A stretch of 64,000 nt of DNA from Endomicrobium sp. (GCA_031286985.1 JAITTL010000027.1:8732-72731), one strand, 5' to 3'; positions 1 to 10,100 are shown, counted from the stretch's first letter. Translations and numbers: made by a program. Notes: generated by a model from the letters alone, not told the origin.

Positions 1-597
1 AATCGTGTACTTATCTTTTAATTGAATTATTAACTCTTCAACTTTCACTGTTGCGACAGGGTCAAGAGCAGAACAAGGCTCGTCAAGAAGAATAATATTG
101 GGAGCTACGGCAAGGACCCTAGCGATGCAGAGTCGCTGTTGCTGTTCCAAAGTCAGAGACAACGCCGATTTACGCAGCTTATCTTTGATATCATCCCATA
201 GCAAAACAGCTTTTAAACTTTTTTCTACAACCCCGTCGATAACATTTTTATTCGACGCTATTCTGTTAACTTTTAAGCCAAAAGCAACGTTTTCATAAAT
301 TGAAATCGGGAATGGATTTGGTCTTTGAAAAACCATTCCAACATTTTTTCTTAAAAATCCCACATCAACTTTTTCGTCATAAATATTTTGTCCAGAAATA
401 CATATTCTACCACTTGTACAAGCACCCTCCACCATATCATTAATCCTATTTATAGACCTTAATAAGCTAGACTTACCGCAACCAGAAGGGCCTATCATGG
501 CAGTAACCCGATTTTCCTCAATATTGATATCAATATCTTTAAGTGCATGAAAATCAGAGTAATATAAATTGAATTTTTTTACTTCTATTTTTGACAT
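1..597 (-). CDS. pstB: Phosphate ABC transporter ATP-binding protein PstB, distal tandem copy (first 199 codons; 3' end lies beyond the window start)
   Basis: Missing from the ORF track because the window edge truncates it. My minus-strand translation from ATG 597-595 reads MSKIEVKKFNLYYSDFHALKDIDINIEENRVTAMIGPSGCGKSSLLRSINRINDMVEGA... This is a PstB-type N-terminus with Walker A GPSGCGKS. It follows pstS-pstC-pstA-pstB on the same strand. Confidence 0.85.
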   Translation of the reverse strand, partial: MSKIEVKKFNLYYSDFHALKDIDINIEENRVTAMIGPSGCGKSSLLRSINRINDMVEGACTSGRICISGQNIYDEKVDVGFLRKNVGMVFQRPNPFPISIYENVAFGLKVNRIASNKNVIDGVVEKSLKAVLLWDDIKDKLRKSALSLTLEQQQRLCIARVLAVAPNIILLDEPCSALDPVATVKVEELIIQLKDKYTI

Positions 598-640
598 AAA
601 ACAGATCCCTGATACATTAAAACATATAATTATTTGAAAT

Positions 641-1393
641 TTATCCAAATCTTCCTGTGATATAATTCTCTGTCTGTTTTTCTTTAGGAGATACAAATAA
701 TTTATCAGTTTCATCGATTTCTACAAGCTTTCCCATAAGAAAAAATGCTGTTTTATCTCCAACCCTAGATGCTTGCTTTACATTATTTGTGACGAGCACT
801 ATAGTGTACTTTTCTTTAAGCTCAATCATAGATTCCTCAACCTTTGCGGTAGAAATTGGATCTAGTCCCGAACAAGGTTCGTCAAACAAAATAACTTCAG
901 GATTAACTGCAAGAATTCTTGCAATGCAAAGTCTTTGTTGTTGTCCACCAGATATTTTCATTGCAGATGTATTTAATCTATCTTTAACTTCATCCCACAA
1001 AGAAGCATCTCTTAAAGCTTGCTCAACTATAGCATCTTGATCAGATTTTCTTGTGATGAGCCCTAGACGTTTTGGAGCATATACGATATTTTCATATATG
1101 GTCATTGGTAATGGTATAGGCATAGCAAACAGCATACTGATACGTTTTCTTAAATTTTCCATATTCATATTAAAAATATGTTCGCCATCAAGATAAATTT
1201 CACCTTTGCGGCAATAGGTTGCGTCTAAATCGTTCATTCTATTTAAAGTTCTCAAGAATGTAGTTTTACCGCTATTTGCAGGACCTATAATACTCAAAAT
1301 TTCGTTTTGTATGACATTAATAGTTAATGATTCTAAAACGCATCTTTTATTGTAATAACAATTCAAATCTCGAACTTCAATCTTATTTACCAT
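641..1393 (-). CDS. pstB: Phosphate ABC transporter ATP-binding protein PstB, proximal copy
   Basis: 250 aa. Walker A GPANSGKTT, ABC signature ISGGQQQRLCIARIL, Walker B ILFDEPCSGLD. PstB-like N-terminus (IEVRDLNCYY). Overlaps the pstA stop by 7 nt. Confidence 0.9.
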   Translation of the reverse strand: MVNKIEVRDLNCYYNKRCVLESLTINVIQNEILSIIGPANSGKTTFLRTLNRMNDLDATYCRKGEIYLDGEHIFNMNMENLRKRISMLFAMPIPLPMTIYENIVYAPKRLGLITRKSDQDAIVEQALRDASLWDEVKDRLNTSAMKISGGQQQRLCIARILAVNPEVILFDEPCSGLDPISTAKVEESMIELKEKYTIVLVTNNVKQASRVGDKTAFFLMGKLVEIDETDKLFVSPKEKQTENYITGRFG

Positions 1394-2241
1394 TTTCTAC
1401 GCTTTTTAAAATAAATTCTTGCTATCATAGCAATGCAACTCATCGTCAAAACCACCATTAAAAGAACAAGGGCTGTGCCATATATAATATTTTTCGGCAT
1501 ATTAGGAATTTGTGTTGAAATAATATACAAATGATATGGCATAGCCATTACCTGATCAAATATTGAATGTGGTAGGTGTGGAACATAAAATGCAGCAGCA
1601 GTAAATAATATGGGTGCTGTTTCCCCTGATATTCTTGCAACAGTAAGTATAGTTCCTGTCAAAATACCCGGCAAGGCGTTTGGAAGAACAACATGTCTTA
1701 TGGTTTGCCAGCGACTAACACCAAGTGACCAGCTTGCTTCTCTAAAAGAATAAGGAACACTATTCAAAGCTCCGCGTGCTGTAGTTATAACAACAGGGAG
1801 TTCCATAATTGATAAAGTCAAAGCGCCAGCAATAATAGATACCCCTAACTTAAAAAACATAACAAAAATACCAAGACCAAATAATCCATAAACAACTGAT
1901 GGAATACCAGCCAAATTTACAATCGAAAGCTTAATTATTTTTGTAAGAAAATTATCTTTAGCGTACTCATTCAAATAAATTGCTGCGCAAACACCAACAG
2001 GAAGAATTATCGTAATAGCACATAAGACTATCGAAAACGTTCCCAATATTGCGGGAAGGATTCCTCCTTCTCGCATTCCATTTTTTGGCATAGAAGTTAA
2101 AAATTCTAAACTTATTGCGGATATTCCATTTTTTACAATTATAAATATTATCGTAATAACTGGAACAATAGCCAAAAGAGTTGCTATATAAAGAAGTGCA
2201 TATGAGAATTTTTGCGATAATTTTGGACTTAGTTTTATCAT
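1387..2241 (-). CDS. pstA: Phosphate ABC transporter permease PstA
   Basis: 284 aa polytopic protein with a permease EAA-type loop (REASWSLGVSRWQTIRHVVLPNALPGILTG). 4-nt overlap with pstC. Position in the pst operon. Confidence 0.9.
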   Translation of the reverse strand: MIKLSPKLSQKFSYALLYIATLLAIVPVITIIFIIVKNGISAISLEFLTSMPKNGMREGGILPAILGTFSIVLCAITIILPVGVCAAIYLNEYAKDNFLTKIIKLSIVNLAGIPSVVYGLFGLGIFVMFFKLGVSIIAGALTLSIMELPVVITTARGALNSVPYSFREASWSLGVSRWQTIRHVVLPNALPGILTGTILTVARISGETAPILFTAAAFYVPHLPHSIFDQVMAMPYHLYIISTQIPNMPKNIIYGTALVLLMVVLTMSCIAMIARIYFKKRRKW

Positions 2242-3107
2242 ATATTTTTATTTTTACCAAGAAATAAATCTGCCATAAAGTTTACTATAAACGTTATTGC
2301 AAAAAGCACAAAAGCTATGGCAAATAATGATCTGTAATGCATACCACCTCTGACTGCTTCTCCCATTTCAGCAGCTATCGTAGCTGTCATAGTTCTTACA
2401 GGATCAAAAATTGAATGAGGAATATGGGCAGCATTTCCAGTTATCATCATCACAGCCATGGTTTCCCCTATTACCCTACCTATACCAAGCATTGTAGCAG
2501 CTATTATTCCAGGCATCGCTGCCTTTAATACAACTCTTCTTACAGTTTGCCATTTGGTAGCACCTAAAGCAAGAGCCCCTTCTCTATACTTCCACGGGAC
2601 TGAGCGAATTGCATCCTCTGATATTGTTATTATCGTTGGTATAGCCATAAATGCAAGCATTATTGACCCAGAAAAAGCTGTTAGTCCTGTTGGTAAATTA
2701 AAAATATTTTTAACGAACGGAACAAGCGTAATTACACCTATTAGGCCAATAACTACACTTGGAATTGCAGCCATAAGCTCAATTAGAGATTTTAAAACAT
2801 CACGTATACCTTTCGGTGCAATTTCTGAGATGAAAAGCGCCGACATAACCCCAATTGGGACAGCTATTGTGCACGCTCCGATGGTTACTAACGTAGAACC
2901 TAAAATTAGAGGAAGAATTCCAAATGATGCAGGATCTGAAGCAGCATACCAAAAATGTCCTGTAACAAATTTTAAAATACCAAAATTTCTAAAAAAAGAA
3001 AAACCTTCCTTAAACAGAAAACCAAAAATTAAAACCACAAAAACAATAGATAACATACCACATATAAAAATTATTGTTTCAATTGCACTATCTATGATTT
3101 TTCGCAT
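2238..3107 (-). CDS. pstC: Phosphate ABC transporter permease PstC
   Basis: 289 aa polytopic protein. EAA loop REGALALGATKWQTVRRVVLKAAMPGIIAA. Lies between pstS and pstA. Confidence 0.9.
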   Translation of the reverse strand: MRKIIDSAIETIIFICGMLSIVFVVLIFGFLFKEGFSFFRNFGILKFVTGHFWYAASDPASFGILPLILGSTLVTIGACTIAVPIGVMSALFISEIAPKGIRDVLKSLIELMAAIPSVVIGLIGVITLVPFVKNIFNLPTGLTAFSGSIMLAFMAIPTIITISEDAIRSVPWKYREGALALGATKWQTVRRVVLKAAMPGIIAATMLGIGRVIGETMAVMMITGNAAHIPHSIFDPVRTMTATIAAEMGEAVRGGMHYRSLFAIAFVLFAITFIVNFMADLFLGKNKNI

Positions 3108-3235
3108 TTTGTATCTACGCCTTTAAAAATCTAACAGTTTATACACATTTTATCTGCTTTTACATGCACCAAAATATCTGCAACTTTATCATTTGGTCCA
3201 CAGTATTTTTAAAATTTAATTCATATTTTACATAG

Positions 3236-4123
3236 TCAATTAATCGGCACAAAATCTGTTTCAGAAACAACTTTTTGTCCTGTATCTGATAAAACATATT
3301 CTATAAACATCTTTACAATTCCACAAGGCTCATTGTTTGTATACAAGTATAATGGTCTCGAAATAGTGTATGTGTTATTTGTTACATTTTTAACCGTAGG
3401 ATAGACATGCTCGCTTGTTTTATTTACAGCTATAGAGATAGCTTTTACACCATCATTTATAAACCCCATACCAACATACCCCAATGAATTAGAATTTTGA
3501 CAAACTTCATCGTATATGGCTTGCGAAGATGACATTATAAGAGAATGAACAGAAAATTCATCTTTAGAATTTTTATCATTGTTTCTTAAAACACGTTCTT
3601 TAAAAAACATGTGTGTCCCGGAATTACTTTCTCTTGAAAGAATCACTATTTTTTTGTCTTCCCCTCCAACCTCTTTCCAGTTTGTGATTTTTGCCATAAA
3701 AATATCGCGTAATTGTTCCAACGTTAATTTGTTAATTGGATTGTTTTTGTTTACAAGTACCGCTAGTCCATCCATACCTACTTTAAATCTAACAGGAACT
3801 ACATTATTTTTTTTTGCTAAAATTTCTTCTTTCTCATCTATCTCACGCGAAGACATTGCCATGTCACACGTTTTATTTATCAGAGCTGCCAAACCTGTAC
3901 CGGATCCCCCACCTGTAACTCCTACGCTATATGTTGAATATTGCTTTACAAAATTTTCTGCCCAAACTTGAACAAGATTTACAATAGTATCGGAACCTTT
4001 TATTTGTATGGATTCACCGTGTCTATTACTTTTTTGAAATTTTGTACAAGACCGTAAAAATACAAATGTTAGTCCTAAAAACATCAATAACAAAGTTAAA
4101 AGCGATACTATCTTTTTCATCAT
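3236..4123 (-). CDS. pstS: Phosphate-binding protein PstS (periplasmic substrate-binding component)
   Basis: PBP-like protein with an N-terminal hydrophobic signal and a GVTGGGSGTGLAAL motif typical of PstS. The ORF track starts at GTG 4129. The first ATG (4123) overlaps the guaA stop as ATGA, so I place the start there. Confidence 0.85.
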   Translation of the reverse strand: MMKKIVSLLTLLLMFLGLTFVFLRSCTKFQKSNRHGESIQIKGSDTIVNLVQVWAENFVKQYSTYSVGVTGGGSGTGLAALINKTCDMAMSSREIDEKEEILAKKNNVVPVRFKVGMDGLAVLVNKNNPINKLTLEQLRDIFMAKITNWKEVGGEDKKIVILSRESNSGTHMFFKERVLRNNDKNSKDEFSVHSLIMSSSQAIYDEVCQNSNSLGYVGMGFINDGVKAISIAVNKTSEHVYPTVKNVTNNTYTISRPLYLYTNNEPCGIVKMFIEYVLSDTGQKVVSETDFVPIN

Positions 4124-5655
4124 TCCCACTCAATAGTAGCTGGAGGTTTACTAGAAATATCATAAACCACTCTGTTGACACCTTCTACTTCATTGATAAT
4201 ACGGGATGACATTTTTGCAAGCAATTCATGTGGAAGCTTCACCCAATCTGCGGTCATGGCATCTTCAGAATTTACAGCTCTTATAGCAATTACATATTCA
4301 TAAGTTCTAGCATCACCCATAATACCTACGGTCTTAACAGGTAATATTATGGCAAAAGATTGCCATATTTTTTCATACAATTTAGCATTTCTTATTTCTT
4401 CTGTTACTATATCGTCAGCTTTTTTTAAAATATCCAATTTTTCTTCGGTTACCTCTCCTATTGTTCTTATTGCAAGACCCGGGCCAGGGAAAGGCTGCCT
4501 ATCTATAATTTCTGTTGGAATTTTAAGTTCTCTTCCCAACGCTCTAACTTCATCTTTGAATAAAAATTTCAATGGTTCCACTAACTTCATCTTAATCCTT
4601 TTAGGAAGACCGCCAACATTGTGATGGCTTTTGATTGGCGATTTAGCCCCTTTTATAGAAACACTCTCTATAATGTCTGGATATATCGTACCTTGCAACA
4701 AAAAATTTACACTTTTTAATTTTTTGGCCTCTCTATCAAAGACTTTTATAAAAGTATGTCCTATGATTTTTCTTTTTTGTTCTGGGTCAATTATACCTTT
4801 AAGCTTTGATAAAAACATTTTTTTCGCGTCAACCACAATAAGGTTTTTCCCAAATATTTTGCCAAATACTTTACGAAGTCTTGCTGTTTCACCAAGTTTT
4901 TGAAGACCATGATCAACATAAACACACACCAGCCGCTTACCTATGGCTTTGTTAAGCATTACTGCTGCAACGGAAGAGTCAACACCTCCAGAAAGAGCGC
5001 ACAAAACTTTACTTTTACCTACCTGTTTTTGAATTTTCTTAATTTCATCTACTATATAAGATTTCATAGTCCAATCGCATCTTGCTCCACAAACTTTAAA
5101 GATAAATTTTTGTAGAATTTTTTTACCGTTAACTGAATGTTTTACTTCAGGATGAAACTGAACACCATGGATATTCTTTGATACATTTTCTATAGCTGCA
5201 TATGGAGAATTATCTGATTTTGCTGTAACCTTAAATCCATTAGGTATCTTTAAAAGTTTATCGCTGTGGCTCATCCAAAGAGTTTCTCTTGAATTAAGCC
5301 CTTCAAACAAAGAACAACCATGTTCTATATTGACATTTGCAAGTCCAAACTCTCTGTGTTTCGATGGAGCCACCTTTCCACCAAAATGTTCTGCTATCAA
5401 CTGCATGCCGTAACATATCCCTAAAATAGGAACACCGAGCTCCCATAATGTAGGATCAGGCCATAGGGCGTTTTTTGAATAAACGCTTCCATAACCACCT
5501 GACAAAATTACACCATTTAAACTTTTAAATCTTGGAGTTAAAAAAGAGTTTAGGATTTTATTCCCTGGATGTATTTCACAATATACTTTCTCTTCTCTTA
5601 CGCATCTTGCTATCAACTGGGTGTACTGCGAGCCAAAATCCAATATCAAAATCAT
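4120..5655 (-). CDS. guaA: GMP synthase (glutamine-hydrolysing)
   Basis: 511 aa. GATase motif GICYGMQ, PP-loop SGGVDSS, conserved C-terminus ...KPPATIEWE. AAGGAAA Shine-Dalgarno just upstream of the ATG. Confidence 0.95.
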   Translation of the reverse strand: MILILDFGSQYTQLIARCVREEKVYCEIHPGNKILNSFLTPRFKSLNGVILSGGYGSVYSKNALWPDPTLWELGVPILGICYGMQLIAEHFGGKVAPSKHREFGLANVNIEHGCSLFEGLNSRETLWMSHSDKLLKIPNGFKVTAKSDNSPYAAIENVSKNIHGVQFHPEVKHSVNGKKILQKFIFKVCGARCDWTMKSYIVDEIKKIQKQVGKSKVLCALSGGVDSSVAAVMLNKAIGKRLVCVYVDHGLQKLGETARLRKVFGKIFGKNLIVVDAKKMFLSKLKGIIDPEQKRKIIGHTFIKVFDREAKKLKSVNFLLQGTIYPDIIESVSIKGAKSPIKSHHNVGGLPKRIKMKLVEPLKFLFKDEVRALGRELKIPTEIIDRQPFPGPGLAIRTIGEVTEEKLDILKKADDIVTEEIRNAKLYEKIWQSFAIILPVKTVGIMGDARTYEYVIAIRAVNSEDAMTADWVKLPHELLAKMSSRIINEVEGVNRVVYDISSKPPATIEWE

Positions 5656-5801
5656 CTACTTTCCTTAGTCCTATATTTTTGTAACGAAAGACAACCATGT
5701 TCCCAAATTCATCATGCAAACACCACTTCCACAACGTTATACAAACACACAAAAACCACAGTTTAAATATTAAATTTTGCATTAATATTTTTTAAGCTAT
5801 A

Positions 5802-6353
5802 TCAAATTTTTGCCGAAGTTATGTTTTTTTGTGCCTGATATTTTCCTTTCCTATCAGCATAAGAAACTTCACAAACATCGCTTGCGCCCAAGAATAAAAC
5901 TTGAGCTATACCTTCATTCACATAAAGCTTTACTGTCAAAGAGGTCATATTTGCTATTGAAAGGGTAGCGTAACCTTCCCATTGAGGTTCAAACGGAGTA
6001 ATGTTTACAAAAATACCGCATCTTGCATATGTTGATTTCCCAAAAGCAATTGTTACGACATCTCTTGGAATTCTAAAATATTCTACAGTTCTGCCTAAAA
6101 TCACAGAGTTTGGTGAAATTTTTATACAATCCTCTACTGTTACTGTTTCAAATAACCCTTCTTGTAGTTGTTTGGGATCAAGTTCAGCAACCACATTTTT
6201 CATAATCATAAATTCATTTGAAAGACGCATATCATAACCATAAGAAGATGTTCCAAAAGAGATTTTTCCATCTCTGATTTGCTTAGCTTCAAATGGCTCT
6301 ATCATATTGTGTTCAAGGGACATCCTTTTTATCCATTTGTCGCTTTTTACCAT
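5802..6353 (-). CDS. dcd: dCTP deaminase
   Basis: [21 protein letters not shown]...SSYGYDMRL... matches the short bacterial Dcd family. The ORF track extends to 6392, but family N-termini suggest the ATG at 6353. Confidence 0.85.
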   Translation of the reverse strand: MVKSDKWIKRMSLEHNMIEPFEAKQIRDGKISFGTSSYGYDMRLSNEFMIMKNVVAELDPKQLQEGLFETVTVEDCIKISPNSVILGRTVEYFRIPRDVVTIAFGKSTYARCGIFVNITPFEPQWEGYATLSIANMTSLTVKLYVNEGIAQVLFLGASDVCEVSYADRKGKYQAQKNITSAKI

Positions 6354-6479
6354 TTTATTACCTTTTACATAAAATCTTAGAAACAACAACAACTGTATCT
6401 ATATCGATTACCGATCTTATGAGCAAATCACATAATTTCCAGTCAAATTTTACTTTGAACAACCTTAAAACACTATAAA

Positions 6480-8777
6480 CTAAAAGCATTTAGAATAACC
6501 GCAACCATTACAGACAACACATCCTTCTGCAAAAGTTAACATTTCACCGCATTCAGGACACTGAGGACATGCTCCTGTCAAATTATCTTTAGGATTTGAA
6601 GTATATTGTTTTTTTTGATGCTTATCTTCGTATTGTTTGGTGTCTGTTATTTTTTGTTCAAAGAGTTCCGGTGCCATTTTTTCTTTATTGTATGCTTCTA
6701 TAGCTTTAGCAATGCCATCTGCACAGGATAAAATTGCACCACCCTTTGCAAAAGCAGGGGATGGACACCTTATACCTTTTAGTTTATTTATAATTTCATT
6801 TTGATTAACACCAGAGCGTAAAGCTAAAGAAATTAAACGGCCTATAGCTTCTGCTTGTGATGAGGTACACGCTCCAGATTTCCCAAGCCTGGTAAACACT
6901 TCACATGGGCCCCTATCATCTTCATTTATGGTAACATACATTTTACCGCATCCCGTATGCATTAAAAATGTGAAACCTGTTGTTTTTGTTGGGCGTGTTC
7001 TAGGTTTTACTTCACGTATTGGCAGGCTTTCTTCTTTTTTGTTTGCAAGGTTTAATACCTGCACATCTCTGCTACCATCGCGATAAACCGTTACACCTTT
7101 ACAACCCATTTTATATGAAAGAACGAAGACTTTTTTAACGTCCTCTTTAGTTGCTGAATTTGGGAAGTTCACTGTTTTTGAAACGGCATTGTCTGTAAAT
7201 TTTTGAAAAACTGCTTGCATTTTTACATGATCTTCAGGAGTAATATCATGTGATGTTACAAATATTTTCCTTATTTTTTCAGGAATTTCTTCAAATCCAT
7301 GGATACTTCCTTTTTCTGCTATTTTAGCTATAAGTTTTGATGAATAAAAACCGTTTTCCTTTGCAATTTTTTCAAAATATGGATTCACCTCGTACATCTC
7401 CTCATTGTCTAGGCACTGAGTTCTTTTATAAACAAGAGCAAAAAGAGGTTCTATCCCTCCAGAAGCTGAGGATATTATTCCAATAGTGCCGGTAGGTGCA
7501 ATTGTAGTGGTAGTTGCATTTCGCATGAGAGGGCCTTTTGCATATACACTTTTTTCAAAATTTGAAAAAGCACCTCTTTTTATAGCAAGTTTTTCTGAAG
7601 ATTTATATGATTTAGCTTGGATAAAATTCATAAGTTTTTCAGCAAGAGACAAGGATTCTTTGGACCCATAAGGGATACTTAAATGTAAAAGCAAATCTGC
7701 CCATCCCATGACTCCAAGACCTATTTTTCTGTTAGAGCGAGTAATTTTTCCTATTTTTTCCATAGGATAATTGTTCATATCTATAACATTATCTAAAAAA
7801 TGAACTGCAGTGTTTATTGTTGTTTCCAACTTTTCCCAGTCAACAGTACCATTTTTGGTAAAATGCCCTAAATTTATTGAGCCTAAATTACAGGACTCAT
7901 ATGGGAGAAGTGGTTGTTCTCCACAAGGATTTGTGGATTCAATCGAGCCTATTGAAGGGGTTGGGTTTTCATCATTTATTCTATCAATGAAAACTACACC
8001 TGGTTCACCATTTTTCCACGCTTGGTCAATTATTTTATTGAAAACAGATTTTGCCGTAAGCGCTCCTCTCACTTCTCCGTTTCTTGGATTATAAAGATTA
8101 TAATCGCTATCTTTTTCTAAAGCATCCATAAATTCTTTTGTAATAGCAACAGATATATTAAAGTTGTTTAAGCTATCATTTTTGTCCTTGCATGTTATGA
8201 ATTCCAAAATATCAGGATGATCTACCCTCAACATTCCCATGTTTGCTCCACGTCTTGTTCCACCCTGTTTAATAGCTTCGGTAGCAGCATTAAAAACCTG
8301 CATAAAAGATATAGGTCCTGAAGAAACACCTGATGTCGTTTTTACTTCATCTTTATTAGGACGAAGCTTTGAAAACGAAAAACCAGTTCCTCCTCCGGAT
8401 TTATGAATGAGAGCAGTATTTTTTAAAGTCTCAAAAATTGAATCCATTGAATCATCTATAGGTAAGACAAAGCAAGCAGAAAGCTGTTGTAAATGCCTCC
8501 CCGCATTCATTAAAGTTGGAGAATTAGGTAAAAAGTCAAGAGAAGTCATTGCAAGATAAAAATCTTTTATTAAAGGGTCTAGGTCTGCATCGTTTTCATA
8601 AATTTTGTCAGCTTGGGCAATATTTTCTGCCACTCTATAAAATAAATCTTCAGGGGTTTCGATAACGTTACCATCTTCATCTTTTTTTAAATATCGTTTC
8701 TGGAGAACAGTAAGTGCATTTTTCCCCAAATTAACTTTGTTTTTTAAAAGAAGCTCTTTATCACTGTTGTATGTCAT
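6480..8777 (-). CDS. nrdJ: Ribonucleoside-triphosphate/diphosphate reductase, class II (adenosylcobalamin-dependent), with C-terminal Cys-rich zinc-ribbon tail
   Basis: About 765 aa. Active-site motif TNPCGEQPL, LSACFVLP, C-terminal CPQCPECGEMLTFAEGCVVCNGCGYSKC. The ORF track starts at TTG 8801. A GAGGAG Shine-Dalgarno sits 7 nt before the ATG at 8777 (MTYNS...). Confidence 0.9.
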   Translation of the reverse strand: MTYNSDKELLLKNKVNLGKNALTVLQKRYLKKDEDGNVIETPEDLFYRVAENIAQADKIYENDADLDPLIKDFYLAMTSLDFLPNSPTLMNAGRHLQQLSACFVLPIDDSMDSIFETLKNTALIHKSGGGTGFSFSKLRPNKDEVKTTSGVSSGPISFMQVFNAATEAIKQGGTRRGANMGMLRVDHPDILEFITCKDKNDSLNNFNISVAITKEFMDALEKDSDYNLYNPRNGEVRGALTAKSVFNKIIDQAWKNGEPGVVFIDRINDENPTPSIGSIESTNPCGEQPLLPYESCNLGSINLGHFTKNGTVDWEKLETTINTAVHFLDNVIDMNNYPMEKIGKITRSNRKIGLGVMGWADLLLHLSIPYGSKESLSLAEKLMNFIQAKSYKSSEKLAIKRGAFSNFEKSVYAKGPLMRNATTTTIAPTGTIGIISSASGGIEPLFALVYKRTQCLDNEEMYEVNPYFEKIAKENGFYSSKLIAKIAEKGSIHGFEEIPEKIRKIFVTSHDITPEDHVKMQAVFQKFTDNAVSKTVNFPNSATKEDVKKVFVLSYKMGCKGVTVYRDGSRDVQVLNLANKKEESLPIREVKPRTRPTKTTGFTFLMHTGCGKMYVTINEDDRGPCEVFTRLGKSGACTSSQAEAIGRLISLALRSGVNQNEIINKLKGIRCPSPAFAKGGAILSCADGIAKAIEAYNKEKMAPELFEQKITDTKQYEDKHQKKQYTSNPKDNLTGACPQCPECGEMLTFAEGCVVCNGCGYSKCF

Positions 8778-8824
8778 TTCCATCTCCTCACAACTAAACA
8801 CATATCAAATTGACCGATATATAG

Positions 8825-9307
8825 CTATATTTTTTTAATTTTTTGACGTTTAATATATTCTTTTTTTAGTCTTTTCAATTCCTCCATAAACGTATCAATG
8901 TCACCAAATTTTCTATAAATCGAGGCAAATCTTATGTACGCAACTAAATCAATATTCCAAAGTCTCTCTAAAACTTTTTCCCCAATAGTGCTAGCTGAAA
9001 TTTCCATAACATATTCATTTGCAATTTCGTTCTCGATTTCACTGACAATTTTGTCCATTGTCTCAGCTGAAATAGGACGCTTTCTACATGCTCTATCTAC
9101 GCCAATCCAAATTTTTTTTCTGTCAAAAGGTTCTCTTCTATTATCTGCTTTGACAACCATAAGAAATATTTCTTCAGGCCTCTCAAAAGTGGTATACCTT
9201 TTTTTGCAACTAAAACATTCTCTTCGCCTTCTGACAGCCGATGTATGTTCAATCGGCCGTGAATCAAGAACCTTATCATGAGTACCACCACAAAACGGAC
9301 ATTTCAT
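8825..9307 (-). CDS. nrdR: Transcriptional repressor NrdR
   Basis: 160 aa. N-terminal zinc ribbon CPFCGG...CFSCKKR followed by an ATP-cone. Immediately upstream of nrdJ. Confidence 0.95.
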   Translation of the reverse strand: MKCPFCGGTHDKVLDSRPIEHTSAVRRRRECFSCKKRYTTFERPEEIFLMVVKADNRREPFDRKKIWIGVDRACRKRPISAETMDKIVSEIENEIANEYVMEISASTIGEKVLERLWNIDLVAYIRFASIYRKFGDIDTFMEELKRLKKEYIKRQKIKKI

Positions 9308-9346
9308 TGTTTTTTTCTCGTTTTATTTGATTGTAAGAATTTATGA

Positions 9347-9429
9347 AAACTATATGTCGTAGTGTGAGCAATGTTACAACATACATATAGATTTGTCAAA
9401 TTTTCATAAGGTCACATAACATATTGTAT
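9347..9429 (-). promoter_or_regulatory. Candidate NrdR boxes upstream of nrdR-nrdJ
   Basis: Three 16-mers resemble the palindromic NrdR box acaCwAtATaTwGtgt. AAACTATATGTCGTAG (9347-9362) matches about 11/16. AACATACATATAGATT (9378-9393) matches about 10/16 on the reverse complement. ACATAACATATTGTAT (9414-9429) matches 13/16. The first two are 31 bp centre to centre, the canonical tandem spacing. Matches were judged by eye only. Confidence 0.35.
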
Positions 9430-9569
9430 TTTGGGAGTGTATTGGTCTAGGGCTATAGAGGTATGACTTTGTGAGAAACATATGGAGTAAAACCATTCAA
9501 AAACTTCGATTGTTTAGCGAAACCATAAGCGTTGATGAGGTATTGATTTTGCCAAATTCGGAAAATATT

Positions 9570-10100
9570 TTAAGAAAATGGAGCACAACTGCAATTCGTT
9601 ATTGCTTTTAAAATAGCTTTTCCAAATGCTTCTGCTGGTTCTGGCCCATTTGCAGTGATGATATTTCCATCTATTTCCAAAGAAGTTCCAGTATATATTG
9701 CACCACCTTTTAGTAATGACTCTTTTCCATCAAGAAAAACTGTGGCTTTTTTACCTTTTAAAATACCTGAGTTTGCAAGAATTACTCCAGCTATACATAT
9801 TGAAGCAACAGGCTTATTTTTCTCAAAAAACACGTTTGCTAATTTTAAAGCATGAGGATTATCAAAAAATATATTTGCTCCACCACCACCAACATACACT
9901 ATTGCATCAAAATCATCAGGTACGATATTTTCAATCAAAAGTGAACTGGTTGTTTTAAATCCAAATCTTCCAATAAGCTCTCCTATTTTTGTACTTGCAG
10001 TTATAACCTTAACCCCTGATTTTTCCAAAACTTGTTTTGGTTTGCAATATTCTTCATCTCTAAACCCATCAGGAGCAGTTATAAATACGACTTTTCTCAT
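9570..10100 (-). CDS. DJ-1/PfpI family protein (class I glutamine amidotransferase-like)
   Basis: 176 aa. Nucleophile-elbow Cys in PVASICIAGVILA. DAIVYVGGGG and ITANGP motifs typical of the family. Confidence 0.8.
   Translation of the reverse strand: MRKVVFITAPDGFRDEEYCKPKQVLEKSGVKVITASTKIGELIGRFGFKTTSSLLIENIVPDDFDAIVYVGGGGANIFFDNPHALKLANVFFEKNKPVASICIAGVILANSGILKGKKATVFLDGKESLLKGGAIYTGTSLEIDGNIITANGPEPAEAFGKAILKAITNCSCAPFS

Noticed and set aside
2458-3126. A 222-aa plus-strand ORF. Similar long ORFs occur at 60127-60852, 34348-34875, 52307-52789, 3579-3971 and 12903-13271.
   Set aside because: All lie entirely antisense to well-supported minus-strand genes (pstC, thiL, leuD/leuC, glyS, pstS, tkt). 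They have low-complexity, Ser/Ile/Phe-rich translations, no Shine-Dalgarno sequence and no recognisable motifs. These are shadow ORFs typical of AT-rich coding DNA.
5576-5782. A 68-aa minus-strand ORF and a 65-aa plus-strand ORF around the guaA start.
   Set aside because: They overlap the guaA 5' end and leader in other frames. The guaA start is well defined by its Shine-Dalgarno sequence and family N-terminus (MILILDFGSQYTQLIAR).
5656-5801. A purine riboswitch upstream of guaA.
   Set aside because: The minus-strand leader lacks the conserved GAUAUGG / GUUUCUACC / CCGUAAAUG elements. Only a good AAGGAAA Shine-Dalgarno sequence is evident.
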